From: an uncultured delta proteobacterium
Lineage (GTDB): Bacteria; Desulfobacterota; RBG-13-43-22
Reading direction: 5' to 3'
Length of the DNA stretch: 64,000 nucleotides
Assembly (NCBI GenBank): GCA_963843145.1
Contig: CAWJJC010000015.1
Location: 1-64,000, forward strand
Numbering within the stretch: position 1 is the stretch's first letter; the number at the start of each line of letters is the position of its first letter. A program made the translations under genes and the position numbers. Below are positions 9,222-19,611 of this stretch, piece after piece. The notes beneath the pieces are model-generated. The model was not told the DNA's origin. It saw only the letters and a list, made by a program, of their open reading frames with translations, and searched no databases.

Positions 9222-12200
9222 TCAACGCTTGGTAGTTCCCTGGTCTCTTCGGAACCGGAGGGCCAGGTCGTCCAGCAGCGAGTAGACCACCGGCGTCGCG
9301 ATCAGCGTGAGCAGGAGCGCGAGCGTCTGGCCGCCGATGACGACGATGGCGATCACGCGCCGCTCCTCGGCGCCCGGGCCGGTGCCGACAGCCAGCGGGA
9401 GCATGCCGGCCACGAAGGTGAGCGTGGTCATGAGGATCGGCCGAAGCCGGTCCCGGTTCCCCTGGAGGAGCGCCGAGGCCCGGTCCATCCCGCCCGCGCG
9501 CAGGCTGTTCATGTGGTCGATCTGGAGGATGGCGTTTTTCTTGACCACGCCGAAGAGGACGAGGATCCCGAGCGCCGAGTAGAGGTTCAAGGTGTTCCCC
9601 GTGATCCAGATCGACAAGAGCGCAAAAGGGACGCAGAGCGGGATGGAGAGCAGGATGGTGACGGGGTGGACCAGGTTCTCGAACTGGGAGGCGAGGATCA
9701 TGTACATGAAGACGATCGACAGGGCAAAAGCCCAGACGAATTCGGTGAACGTTCGCTCGAGTTCCCGCCCTCGCCCGGAAACGCGCGTGGTGTAGGCGGG
9801 GGGCAGGTTCATCGCGGTCACCGCGGCGCGCAACGCCTCCAGCCGATCGGCCAAGGCAAATCCGGGAGCCACCGAGGCCCGGAGGCGGACCTCGCGCTGC
9901 CGATCGAGACGGTCGATCCTCGAGGCGCCCAACACCCGCTCGATCCGCGCCACGCTTTGGAGCTGCACTACCCCTCCGCCCTCTCGCGAGACCACCAGCC
10001 GTCCGATCGTCCCGGGGTCGGCCCGGTCCTCCTCCCGGAGCCGAAGCACCACTTTGTATTCCTCGTTGTTCGAGGGATCCTTGAAGCGCGAGACTTCTTC
10101 GTCCCCGCCGACCATGAGCCGGACCGCCGTACCGACTTGTTCGGGATCGACGCGCAGGTCCGCGGCGCGGGCCCGGTCGATTTCGACTCGCCATTCGGGC
10201 TTGTCGAGTTTGAGCGTCGTGTCGGCGTCCAGGAGCCCAAGGGATTCCTGGCGGTCGCGCAGGCTTTCGGCGTATCTCGACAGCGCCTGGAGGTCCGGTC
10301 CCTTGAGAACGAAGTCGATATCGAAATTTCCGCCACCGATGTTGAATCCGGTGATGTTCCGGACCGAAACGCGCAGATCGCGGTACTTGCGGAGTCTCCG
10401 CCGCACTTCCTGCATCACTTGAAGCTGGGAGCGGTTTCCGCGGAAGGCGGCCAGGGGGTCTCCGGTGGCGGTGCTCCTTAGCAAGCGCATGATCGAGAAG
10501 ACGCGTTCCCCGTGCGGGGCAAGCTGGATGTAGGCCCTGGCCTCGCTCACCCCGCCGATCCACCCGCCCCCGGCGGTCGAGAGCACCAGCCGCACGCCGG
10601 CCACGGTCCGGATCTCGGCGACGATGTCATTCATGATTCCGTCCATGCCGGCCAGGCTCGTGCCCTGCGGGGCGTTCACTCTCACGTCGAACTCCCCTTC
10701 GTCCGCATTCGCGGGGAGGTAATCCTGGCGGATCAGCCCGAAGAGGGGGATCATCGAAAGCATGACGGCCAAAGCGATCAGCGCCACGGCCGCCCGATGG
10801 CGGAGGGCCAGGGAAAGCAAGCGTTCGTATCCGGCGTCGATCTGGCGATAGAAACCGCCTCGGGACTGCGGGGCGCCCGGGGTGCGCGCCGCATCGCCGC
10901 CCAACAGTCGGGCGCTCATCATGGGGGTCAGCGTGAAGGAGACGAGCAGGCTCACCAGAACCGCCACGGCCGCGGTGATGCCGAACTGGTAGAGGAAGCG
11001 GCCGGAGATGCTCGACATGAACGACACCGGGATGAAGATAACCACCAGCGAAAAGGTCGTGGCCATCACCGCCAGCCCGATATCGGCGGTGGCGGCCCGC
11101 GCGGCCTCGAACGGCGGCATGCCCTTCTCTTCCACGAACCGGAAAATGTTCTCGAGGACGACGATGGCGTCGTCGATTACGATGCCGACCATCAGGACCA
11201 GGGCGAGCATGGTCACGCTGTTCAAGGTGAAGTGCAGCGCCCACATCATCCCGAAGGTGGAGACCACCGAGGCCGGGATGGCGACCGCGGCGATCAGGGT
11301 CGAGCGCCAACTGCGCATGAAGGCCAGGACCACCAGGGAGGCCAGGATGCTCCCCAGGATCAGGTGGATATTGATTTCGTGCAGGGCGGAGTAAATGTAC
11401 CGGGACTGGTCCTGGACCACCGCCAGGTCGACCCCCGCGGGCAGCTCCCCGGCGGCGACGGCCAGGCTGCGTTTCGCGTCCTCGATGACGGCGACGGTGT
11501 TGGCCCCCGACTGGCGCCGCACCTCGAGGACTACCGTGGGGACGCCATTCAACCGGGCGGTGGAGCGCTGTTCCCGGGTCCCGTCCTCCGTCCGGCCGAT
11601 GTCCCGGATGCGAATGGGCGCGCCACCGATGGTGGCCACCACCAGGTCGTCGAAGGCGCGCGGGTCGGCCAGACGGCCGATCGTCCGGAGCGTCGACTCC
11701 CGGGCGCCCCGGGTCACGTTGCCGCCGGCGGCGTCGGCGTTCTGCCGAACGATCGCCTCGCGCACGTCGGTGACCGGGATCCCGAAGGCGGCCAGCCGGT
11801 CCGCCTCCACCCAGACGTTGACCGCGCGCTCCAATCCGCCGACAATCTGCACCTCGCCTACGCCCGCCGACCGTTCGAGGCGAATCTTGACCACTTTGTC
11901 CGCCAATTCGGTCAACTCGCGGAGGGGCCGGTCCCCGGCCAGGGCCACCGTCAAAACCGGTTGCTGGTCGTTGTCGAACTTCGAAACCAGGGGCGGCGTT
12001 GCGTCCTTGGGCAGGTCCTTGAGGATGGTGGCGACGCGATCCCGCACGTCCTGGGCCGCCGTGTCGATATCCCGGTTTAGGTTGAAGGTGACGATCACGA
12101 CCGAGGAGCCCGGCCCCGAGATCGACCGCAGCTCGTCGATCCCCTCGACGGTATTGACCACTTCCTCGATACGCTTGGAGATCCCGATTTCCACCTCTTC

Positions 12201-12371
12201 CGTGGAGGCGCCGGGGAGCTGGGTGCGGATCGAGACGGTGGGCAGGTCCACCGAGGGGAACCGGTCGACCCCGAGACGGAGGTAACTGGTGATGCCGATG
12301 ACCACCAGCGCCAGGATGAGCATGGTCGCGAAGACGGGGCGGCGAATGCAGATTTCGGCGAGTTTTTGCAA
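9222..12371 (-). CDS. RND efflux permease (AcrB/AcrD/AcrF family)
   Basis: 1049 aa; GIVIDDAIVVLENI, KKNAIL, RLRPILMTT. Confidence 0.95.
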   Translation of the reverse strand: MQKLAEICIRRPVFATMLILALVVIGITSYLRLGVDRFPSVDLPTVSIRTQLPGASTEEVEIGISKRIEEVVNTVEGIDELRSISGPGSSVVIVTFNLNRDIDTAAQDVRDRVATILKDLPKDATPPLVSKFDNDQQPVLTVALAGDRPLRELTELADKVVKIRLERSAGVGEVQIVGGLERAVNVWVEADRLAAFGIPVTDVREAIVRQNADAAGGNVTRGARESTLRTIGRLADPRAFDDLVVATIGGAPIRIRDIGRTEDGTREQRSTARLNGVPTVVLEVRRQSGANTVAVIEDAKRSLAVAAGELPAGVDLAVVQDQSRYIYSALHEINIHLILGSILASLVVLAFMRSWRSTLIAAVAIPASVVSTFGMMWALHFTLNSVTMLALVLMVGIVIDDAIVVLENIFRFVEEKGMPPFEAARAATADIGLAVMATTFSLVVIFIPVSFMSSISGRFLYQFGITAAVAVLVSLLVSFTLTPMMSARLLGGDAARTPGAPQSRGGFYRQIDAGYERLLSLALRHRAAVALIALAVMLSMIPLFGLIRQDYLPANADEGEFDVRVNAPQGTSLAGMDGIMNDIVAEIRTVAGVRLVLSTAGGGWIGGVSEARAYIQLAPHGERVFSIMRLLRSTATGDPLAAFRGNRSQLQVMQEVRRRLRKYRDLRVSVRNITGFNIGGGNFDIDFVLKGPDLQALSRYAESLRDRQESLGLLDADTTLKLDKPEWRVEIDRARAADLRVDPEQVGTAVRLMVGGDEEVSRFKDPSNNEEYKVVLRLREEDRADPGTIGRLVVSREGGGVVQLQSVARIERVLGASRIDRLDRQREVRLRASVAPGFALADRLEALRAAVTAMNLPPAYTTRVSGRGRELERTFTEFVWAFALSIVFMYMILASQFENLVHPVTILLSIPLCVPFALLSIWITGNTLNLYSALGILVLFGVVKKNAILQIDHMNSLRAGGMDRASALLQGNRDRLRPILMTTLTFVAGMLPLAVGTGPGAEERRVIAIVVIGGQTLALLLTLIATPVVYSLLDDLALRFRRDQGTTKR

Positions 12372-12378
12372 AAACGTG

Positions 12379-13602
12379 CTACCGGGTCACGGTGACCGGC
12401 GTCCCGCCGATCAGGTTTCCGGGATTGATCACGACCGGCTCGCCTCCGGCCAGTCCTTCGAGAACCTCGATCCGATCGCCGGAACGGCGTCCGGTCCGGA
12501 TGCGTATTTCCACGGCCTTCCCGTTCTTGACGCCGAACACCTTCTCGAGACCGGCGAAAGTCACCAGCGCCGAAGTGGGAACCATGACGGCGCTGCGGTC
12601 GGCCTCGACCACGATCTCGGCGCGCGCGAAGGAGCCGGGCCGCAGCCTGCCGTTCGGGTTCGCCACCTCGGCCTCGACGATCAAGGTGCGGTTTTGTTCC
12701 TGGATGGACGGACTCAGGCGCGCCACGCGACCGGCGTGTACCACGGGATCCCCCTCTAACCGGACTTGCACCGTCTGTCCGACACGCACGGAAGAAGCCT
12801 CCCGTTCCGGCACCGCCACCCGAAGCCGGAGCGGGTGAATCCGGACCAGGCCGAACACCGGAGCGCCGGCCGCCAGGTATTCGCCGACCGCAGCGCGGCG
12901 TTCCCGTACGGCTCCGTCGATCGGCGCGTTCAGTACCGTGTCGGCCAGTTGCTGCCGGGCCAGGGCGAGGCCCGAGCTGCGCTCGGCCAGCAATTCCTGA
13001 CGGTTGCGGATTTCTTCCAGCGCGGCCTGGTAGCGGCTCTCGGCGACCAACCGTCGGGACTGGGAGGCGTCGACCTCGGACTGGGAAATGTAATTCTTTT
13101 CCCAGAGGCGCGCCACGCGATCCCAGTTCAGGCGCGCCTCCTCGAGCACTGCCCGGGCCTCGCGCACCAGCGCGGTCTTCTCGGGATCAACGCTTTCGCC
13201 CGAGCCGTCCCGGGGAAGGCCCAGCCCGGCGCGCACCTGGCGAAGGGCGGCTTCGGCCTGTTCGACCCGAAGACGGAAATCCGTCGGGTCGAGGCGGGCG
13301 AGGATCTGCCCTTTGCGCACCGGGCTGCCCAGGTCGACCGCGATTTCGCTCACGCGACCGGCGACCTTGAATCCGGCGACAATTTCTTCGTCGGCAGCCA
13401 GGGTCCCGGTGACGGTCACCGTACGCGGAAGCCGCCCCAGCACCGCGTCGACGACGCGCACCGAGCGGGGCGCCTGGGCCTGGGCTCGCCTCGCCGCGCG
13501 CGTCGATTGGGTATCCTTTTCGCAGGCGACTCCGGAAATGGCCAGCAGCGCGGCGCAGAGCAGGGCCAGCACGGGAAATCTTCTCGAAGTGCGATCAGGC
13601 AT
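12379..13602 (-). CDS. RND membrane fusion protein (periplasmic adaptor)
   Basis: Lipoprotein-like signal (SGVAC), lipoyl G..VRKGQ.LA, coiled coil, APIDG, LRPG.F; start uncertain. Confidence 0.9.
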   Translation of the reverse strand: MPDRTSRRFPVLALLCAALLAISGVACEKDTQSTRAARRAQAQAPRSVRVVDAVLGRLPRTVTVTGTLAADEEIVAGFKVAGRVSEIAVDLGSPVRKGQILARLDPTDFRLRVEQAEAALRQVRAGLGLPRDGSGESVDPEKTALVREARAVLEEARLNWDRVARLWEKNYISQSEVDASQSRRLVAESRYQAALEEIRNRQELLAERSSGLALARQQLADTVLNAPIDGAVRERRAAVGEYLAAGAPVFGLVRIHPLRLRVAVPEREASSVRVGQTVQVRLEGDPVVHAGRVARLSPSIQEQNRTLIVEAEVANPNGRLRPGSFARAEIVVEADRSAVMVPTSALVTFAGLEKVFGVKNGKAVEIRIRTGRRSGDRIEVLEGLAGGEPVVINPGNLIGGTPVTVTR

Positions 13603-13963
13603 CGTACCCGTTTTCTTGGAGTCAAGCAGGCCGGGTTCTCCCCGGATGCAGGTGTTGAAATCTCTTGCCATAATCTCTGCTAGCCGATTCAGATTCGTAT
13701 CCGATTCAGATTCGTAACGGTGCAAAACTCGGTTCTGACGGGTGGCGAGCTTTGTCCGGTCGGCTTCTTAACCAACTGGATTCTCAAGGCTTTGTCTGGC
13801 GCACGAAGAATTTCCTCTTGGGCGAGGAGAGTATAGAATAAGCTCAATGGGGGGGTCAAGGAGAAAAAAAAAGGGAAAAGGGTGGGTAGGGGTTTTGAGC
13901 CGATTAGCCGGGAGACATCGGGCCCGGATCGGGTAAGTTAATTCCAAGCCGATAGCCGCTATC

Positions 13964-14566
13964 CTAAAGGAAGCGGGCCAACCAGGCGATGCGGGCCGAT
14001 TCTTCCATCAGCTCGGCCGTATATTGGGCCTGTCTAAGGGTAGGGCCCAAGGCCACCAAACCGTGGCCGGCGAGCAGCAGTCCGAAAACCTCCGGGTCCC
14101 GGGCGGTTTCCCGGACGGCTTGGGCCAGTTCGTGGGATCCTTCCGGGTATTCGGGAAGGAGCGGGACCTGCCTCAGAATTCTCCGGGCATGCACGGTGGG
14201 CAGGGGCAGCGGAAGATTTCTGACCGCGTAGGCCGTCGCGGAAGGGGGGTGATAATGGACGATGCCGCTCACCTCCGGTCGGACCTGATAAATGACCAGA
14301 TGGGTCAGCACTTCCTTGGTGGGTTGGGTCTTCCCTTCCAGAGGCCGGCCTTCCCCGTTTACCAAGACCAGGGTTGACCGGTCGCATTCCGTGAGTCCGA
14401 AACCCGTGGGCTTGGTCAAAAAAAGGTTGGGCCCCAGGCGCAGACTGATATTGCCTCCCGTGCCGGCCTGGAGACCCAGTTGGAAGGCCCGCCGGGCCGC
14501 CCAGCGAAAAACCTTCACCCCCGCGCGAAACATTTCTTCTCGCAGAATGGTCGAATTCAGGTCCAA
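13964..14566 (-). CDS. Class II aldolase/adducin family protein
   Basis: GGNIS, KPTG, PTKE...H..IY, HYHP, LL.GHG zinc-binding motifs; start uncertain. Confidence 0.85.
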   Translation of the reverse strand: MDLNSTILREEMFRAGVKVFRWAARRAFQLGLQAGTGGNISLRLGPNLFLTKPTGFGLTECDRSTLVLVNGEGRPLEGKTQPTKEVLTHLVIYQVRPEVSGIVHYHPPSATAYAVRNLPLPLPTVHARRILRQVPLLPEYPEGSHELAQAVRETARDPEVFGLLLAGHGLVALGPTLRQAQYTAELMEESARIAWLARFL

Positions 14567-14659
14567 AGGCTCAGCCCTCAATATTGACGATCTTTCCAGT
14601 CCGGACGATATTAACGGTCTCATAAGACGGACTCGCAAAAAGTCACCGAAAGACCGTTT

Positions 14660-14790
14660 TCGTCATTCCGATGAAAGTCGGAATCCAGTAGATTCAAGTA
14701 GTTGTCAATTCACTGGACCCCGGTTTTCACCGGGGTGACGACTCCAACCCGTTTTGTTTTTGGCGTCATTCCGGCGAAAGCCGGAATCCG
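14660..14790. repeat. Cluster of REP-like palindromes
   Basis: gtcattccgatgaaagtcggaatccag ... ctggaccccggttttcaccggggtgacg ... gtcattccggcgaaagccggaatcc. Confidence 0.7.
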
Positions 14791-14829
14791 CTGCGCGAGT
14801 GTCTGAAGAGAGACTAAACAAGCAGGAGA

Positions 14830-15805
14830 AACCCAGCCCGGGAACGTGGGACTGGGTGGAACGTTCGGTATGGACGGATCGTATGCTGGAGGCCCTCGAA
14901 AGGGGGTGAAAGGAGGAAGTTTGGTTCAGCTTGATCGACAAAGTTGTACCGACCCAGCACGCTGCTTGCGGCATGGGAACGGGTGAAGGCGAACAAAGGT
15001 AGCGCGGGATCGGACCATCAGAGCATAGAAGAGTTTGAGCGCAGACCTGGCAGGGAACCTTGGCAAGCTGGAGAGAAGAGCTTGTGCAGCGGGCAACTAT
15101 CAACCTCGGCCGATCCGCCGGCATGTATATCGACAAGCCTGGGAGCAAGGACAAGAGACCGCTTGGAATACCGACGGTTCGGGATCGGGTGGTCAAGGCA
15201 GCGTTGCGGCTGGTGATCGAGCCTATATTCGAGCGGGAATTTATCGCCGCGCAGTTACGGGTTCAGGCCGGGGCATGGGTTGCAAGGATGCCTTGCGAGA
15301 GGTTGATCGACTCCTGAAGGCCGGATACGCCTGTGTGGTGGATGCCGACCTGAAGAGCTACTTCGACAGCATCCCTCATGAGCTCCTTCAGGACGAAGTG
15401 CGGAAGCGGATCGCCGATGGTCGCGTACTGGATCTGTTCGAGGCTTTTCTGAAGCAAGACATTTTGGAGGATATGGCGTTGTGGACCCGGAACAAGGGAC
15501 GCCCCAAGGGGCGGTGATCAGCCCGTTGTTGGCCAATCTCTATCTGCATTCGGTGGATGTGGCCATGGCAGAGGCAGGGTACGGATGGTGCGTTATGCCG
15601 ATGACTTTGTCATTCTGTGCCGAAGCCAGGAAGGAAGCGCAGAGGCGCTGGTACGGGTGAGGGAACTGTCACGAGACGGGGACTGCACCCTGCATCCGGA
15701 GAAGACGAGACTGGTGGCGGTGGCCGATTCGGGGCGGGTTTGACTTTCTGGGGTATCATTTTGAGGCTGGCACACGTTGGCCGCGCAAGAAGAGCCTGGG
15801 AACTA
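14830..15805 (+). pseudogene. ltrA: Group II intron reverse transcriptase/maturase, frameshifted and truncated
   Basis: Across frames: AWERVKANKGSAG, RPLGIPTVRDRVV, VVDADLKSYFD, PQG..ISPLLAN.YL, RYADD (~15591-15605), LHPEKT, FDFLG; no intron domain V/VI seen after it. Confidence 0.88.
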
Positions 15806-15911
15806 GATTCTTTAGGTAGCTTTTGCCATGGGACCCTTAATAGACTCCGATCCCGTTAAGGAATATCTTATAATGCGTTTCCCGAAAAGTAAACCACCCA
15901 TCGGTGATATG

Positions 15912-16121
15912 TTCGCAAAAAGTTGAAAAACCCGTCATTGCGACCCCGGACCTGATCCGGGGGAAGCAATCCCCACCTTGGAACCTAGTCAGAATAATTG
16001 AGGATTGCTTCGTCGCTGCACTCCTCGCAATGACAGCTCGGGGGACTTTTTGCGAAACCTTCACCGGTTAAAAAGGGAATCCGGAGGTAAAGATTGGATT
16101 CCGCGCCACCCCCCGGAATGA
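15912..16121. repeat. REP-like/MITE-like palindromic elements
   Basis: ttcgcaaaaagt...actttttgcgaa inverted pair enclosing gtcattgcga...gaagcaatcc / ggattgcttcg...tcgcaatgac. Confidence 0.65.
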
Positions 16122-16207
16122 CCCCCTCCCAGCCGTGAAATATTTCACGTTTTATGTTTCATGAAAAATATCTTGACTTCTCTTTTTGGAGGTGGTATCC
16201 ACAAACC

Positions 16208-16882
16208 ATGGCGAGAGAAATGACCAAAATCAGCCCGTTAATCAAGACCAACCTCAATAACCAGATCTATCCTATCCTCAAGGAGATGATCGCCGATCAG
16301 CGTTTTAATCCCGGCGGCTCTATTAATGTGGAGCATTTGACCCACGAGCTGGGGGTCAGCCGGACCCCGGTCTGGGAAGCCATTCGGCGATTAGAGCAGG
16401 AGGGAATTGTCATCCACACCCCGCACAAGGGCGTTCGGGTTCGGGAATTGACCCGGGAGATGGCCTTGGAACTTTATGGGGTCCGGGAGGCGCTGGAAAC
16501 CACCGCGGCCCGCCAGGGGGCCGGCCGGGCCACACCCCAGCTTATTGCCCGCATGGAGCAGTGCCTGGAAAAGCAGGCCCGGATCGTCCAACAGGAAGAT
16601 GCCGTGGCCTATTCTCAGTCGGACCATGAATTTCACCTCTTGATCCATGAGGCCAGCGGCAACCATCTTCTTCAGGAAATTCTGGAGGGGTTGAGGTACC
16701 GGGCCCTGCCCTTGGCCTTTCGTCTAACCCCCCAGTTCGCGGAATTCCTGGGATATCATCGGATGGTCCTGGAGGCCTTTAAGAAAAAAGATGGCCCCGG
16801 CGCCGAAAAGGCCATCCGCCGTCACAACCTGCGCATGATTGAATTGATCGAAACGAACCCCTGGAGCAACGTCGACCCATAA
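16208..16882 (+). CDS. GntR family regulator (FCD domain)
   Basis: LGVSRTPV.EA..RL..EG HTH; D.EFH..I.EASGN. Confidence 0.93.
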   Translation: MAREMTKISPLIKTNLNNQIYPILKEMIADQRFNPGGSINVEHLTHELGVSRTPVWEAIRRLEQEGIVIHTPHKGVRVRELTREMALELYGVREALETTAARQGAGRATPQLIARMEQCLEKQARIVQQEDAVAYSQSDHEFHLLIHEASGNHLLQEILEGLRYRALPLAFRLTPQFAEFLGYHRMVLEAFKKKDGPGAEKAIRRHNLRMIELIETNPWSNVDP

Positions 16883-16911
16883 CCGGTCCGGGCAGAGGAA
16901 GGTATTCGGAT

Positions 16912-18192
16912 ATGGCGCAATTAGCGTTTTACGGGGGAAAACCGGTACGGACCCGCCCCTATCCTTCCTGGCCGCAGGGTGGAGAGGAAGAACGCTCCTA
17001 CCTGCAGCAGGTGCTGGAAAGCCCCCGCTGGTTTGCCGGCCCTCGAGGAGAAGACCCGCAGGCCCTGGGAACCCTCTTCGGAGAGCGCTTTGCCCGCCTG
17101 CACGGCGCCCGTTTCGGTCTCCCGGTGGCCAACGGCAGTGTGGCCATCGAGATCGCCCTCCGGGCCCTGGGGATCGGACCGGGAGATGAGGTGATTGTCC
17201 CGGCCTATACCTTTGTTTCCACGGCTACCTCCGTGCTCCAGGTGGGGGCCATACCGATCTTCGCCGATATCGAAGCGGATACCTATTGTCTGGACCCTCG
17301 GGATGTGGCCGCCCGGATCGGGTCCCACACCCGGGCCATTATTCCGGTCCACCTGGGAGGGCAGATGGCGGACATGGAAGCCCTCCAGACACTGGCCCGG
17401 ACCCATCACCTGGCCGTGGTCGAGGACTGTGCTCAGGCCATCGATTCCGCCTGGCTGGGCAAAAAAGCCGGCACCTGGGGAGATCTCGGGACTTTCAGCT
17501 TCCAGGCGAACAAGACCGTCACCTCCGGAGAGGGGGGGCTGATCATGACCGATGATGAGGCCCTGAAGGAAGAGGTAGTGGCGCTGCGCGCCTTTGGCCG
17601 CTCCGGTCAACAGGCGGGCTCTTTAAAACGGTCTTCCGCCTTTGCCTCCCAGACCCTGTCCGGCAATTACCGGCTGAGCGAGTTCCAGGCGGCGGTTTTG
17701 CTGGCCCAGTTGGATAAGTTTAGGCTCCAGGACGAAAAACGCCGGTCCAATGCCGAGCGCTTAACGCGGAGACTCCGGGAAATCCCCGGGATCAAACACA
17801 TCCTCCGGGAGGCGCCCGCTTCCAAACATGGGTACTACTATTACCTGGTGCGGTATGACCGGGAGCAATTTGCGGGATTGGATCCGGAGGGGTTTTGCGC
17901 CCTGCTCAATGCCGAAGGGATCCCTTTTCTCCCGGGTGATCGGGAACCTGTTTACCGTCATCCGGTATTTCGTTGGGAGCAGCTTCAAAAGGCGCTTTGC
18001 CCCGAGGTGCTGGAAAGGTACCGTCAGGTGGTTCACCCGGATGACCGGGTTTGCCCGGCCGCGGAGGAGGCCTGCCGCTGCACGCTTATTCTGCGTCATC
18101 CCGTGCTTTTGGGGGACCCGGAAGATATGGATGACATCGTGGAAGTCCTGGGGAAAATAAAGAAAAATATCCATGAAATCGTTACTGCCTAA
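16912..18192 (+). CDS. DegT/DnrJ/StrS family PLP aminotransferase (RifK/StsC-like)
   Basis: NGS.A..IAL, EDCAQA, FSFQANK..TSGEGG, NYRLSEFQAAVL. Confidence 0.92.
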   Translation: MAQLAFYGGKPVRTRPYPSWPQGGEEERSYLQQVLESPRWFAGPRGEDPQALGTLFGERFARLHGARFGLPVANGSVAIEIALRALGIGPGDEVIVPAYTFVSTATSVLQVGAIPIFADIEADTYCLDPRDVAARIGSHTRAIIPVHLGGQMADMEALQTLARTHHLAVVEDCAQAIDSAWLGKKAGTWGDLGTFSFQANKTVTSGEGGLIMTDDEALKEEVVALRAFGRSGQQAGSLKRSSAFASQTLSGNYRLSEFQAAVLLAQLDKFRLQDEKRRSNAERLTRRLREIPGIKHILREAPASKHGYYYYLVRYDREQFAGLDPEGFCALLNAEGIPFLPGDREPVYRHPVFRWEQLQKALCPEVLERYRQVVHPDDRVCPAAEEACRCTLILRHPVLLGDPEDMDDIVEVLGKIKKNIHEIVTA

Positions 18193-18201
18193 GGGGTATT
18201 T

Positions 18202-19473
18202 ATGTACGCTGCCAAGGAATTAAAAAGCGCCCAGCCCGTCAAGCCGGAGAACGTGAAGGCCCTCCGCCAGCGGGTGGAAGAAATTCTGGAACGAGTCCGG
18301 CAGGAGGGCGATGGGGCCCTGCGCTATTTTTCCCGATCCTTCGACGGCTATGATGGGCCGGTCAAGATCGGCGAGGCCGAGATTGAGGCCGCCCGGCAAG
18401 AACTCCCGGCAGACATCATCCGGGGACTTGATTTTGCCATTGAGCGGGTAACGGCCTTTGCCCAGGCCCAGCGGTCCTCCCTTTCCGAATTCGAGCAGGA
18501 GATGATCCCCGGCGTCCATATGGGCCAGCGACTGGTTCCCGTGAAATCCTGCGCGGCCTATGTGCCCGCCGGCCGTTATCCCTGCCTGACTTCGGCCGTG
18601 ATGTCGCTGGTGCCGGCCAAGGTGGCCGGGGTTAAAAGGGTGGTGGCCTGTTCTTCTCCGGGCCGGGAAAAACGCATCAACCCGGCCATCCTCTATACCA
18701 TGGCCCGGATCGGGGCCGATGAGATCTACTGTCTGGGCGGGGCCCAGGCCATTGCCGCCATGGCTTTCGGCACGGAGACGATCCGGCCGGTTGACCTGAT
18801 TGTCGGGCCGGGAAACCAGTACGTGATGGAGGCCAAAAGACAGGTCTTTGGAACCGTGGGGATTGATTTTCTGGCCGGGCCGAGCGAATGCCTGGTGATT
18901 GCCGACGAGAGTGCCCGGGCGGATTATATCGCGGCCGATATCCTGGCCCAGTGCGAGCATGACCCTCAGGCCCGAGGGGCCGTGGTCACCACCTCGGAGA
19001 AGCTCGGCCGGGCGGTGTTGGCGGAGATAGAACGGCAACTGCAGGCCCTGACCACCGAAGAGGTCGCCCGCCGTTCCTGGGAGGACCAGGGGGTGGTCGT
19101 GGTCGTCCCAACCTTGGAAGACGCGGCCGCCTATGCCAATGACTACGGCCCGGAGCACCTGGAAGTCCACACCCGTGACCCGAAGGCCCTGGTTCCCCTG
19201 TTGACGGCCTACGGTTCCTTGTTTCTGGGGGAGGCCGCGGCTGAGGTCTTTGCCGACAAAGTGGCCGGGACCAATCATATTCTCCCCACCATGGGAGGGG
19301 CCCGTTATACCGGAGGCCTCTGGGTGGGAAATTTCCTGAAGGTCATCACCCATCAATGGGTGGATGAACAGGGGATGAAAACCCTGGCCCCTTATTCCGT
19401 GCGGCAGGCGGAATTTGAAACCATGGATGCCCACCGGCGGGCGGCCCTGATCCGGTTGGCCGGAAAGCTATAA
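18202..19473 (+). CDS. Histidinol dehydrogenase-like oxidoreductase, HpsN (sulfopropanediol dehydrogenase)-type
   Basis: [43 protein letters not shown]; not in a his operon. Confidence 0.85.
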   Translation: MYAAKELKSAQPVKPENVKALRQRVEEILERVRQEGDGALRYFSRSFDGYDGPVKIGEAEIEAARQELPADIIRGLDFAIERVTAFAQAQRSSLSEFEQEMIPGVHMGQRLVPVKSCAAYVPAGRYPCLTSAVMSLVPAKVAGVKRVVACSSPGREKRINPAILYTMARIGADEIYCLGGAQAIAAMAFGTETIRPVDLIVGPGNQYVMEAKRQVFGTVGIDFLAGPSECLVIADESARADYIAADILAQCEHDPQARGAVVTTSEKLGRAVLAEIERQLQALTTEEVARRSWEDQGVVVVVPTLEDAAAYANDYGPEHLEVHTRDPKALVPLLTAYGSLFLGEAAAEVFADKVAGTNHILPTMGGARYTGGLWVGNFLKVITHQWVDEQGMKTLAPYSVRQAEFETMDAHRRAALIRLAGKL

Positions 19474-19611
19474 TTTTCAGGGTGTTCTCCCTTTTGGAGT
19501 GGATGGTATCAAGAAATAGGGGGTTCATATGAAGATAACCTCCTTAACCTGCATTATGGTTAATAATCAATAATCAATTCCTAATTCTCAATTAATGAAA
19601 GGAGTACCCTA

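Noticed and set aside
9166-13717. Long alternative-frame and antisense ORFs over the RND genes (and similar ones over other GC-rich genes)
   Set aside because: Expected shadow ORFs in high-GC coding DNA; no recognisable motifs.
14830-15805. Retron, DGR or CRISPR-associated reverse transcriptase
   Set aside because: Motifs are those of group II intron maturases; no msr/msd, template-variable repeat pair or cas gene; the ORF is broken.
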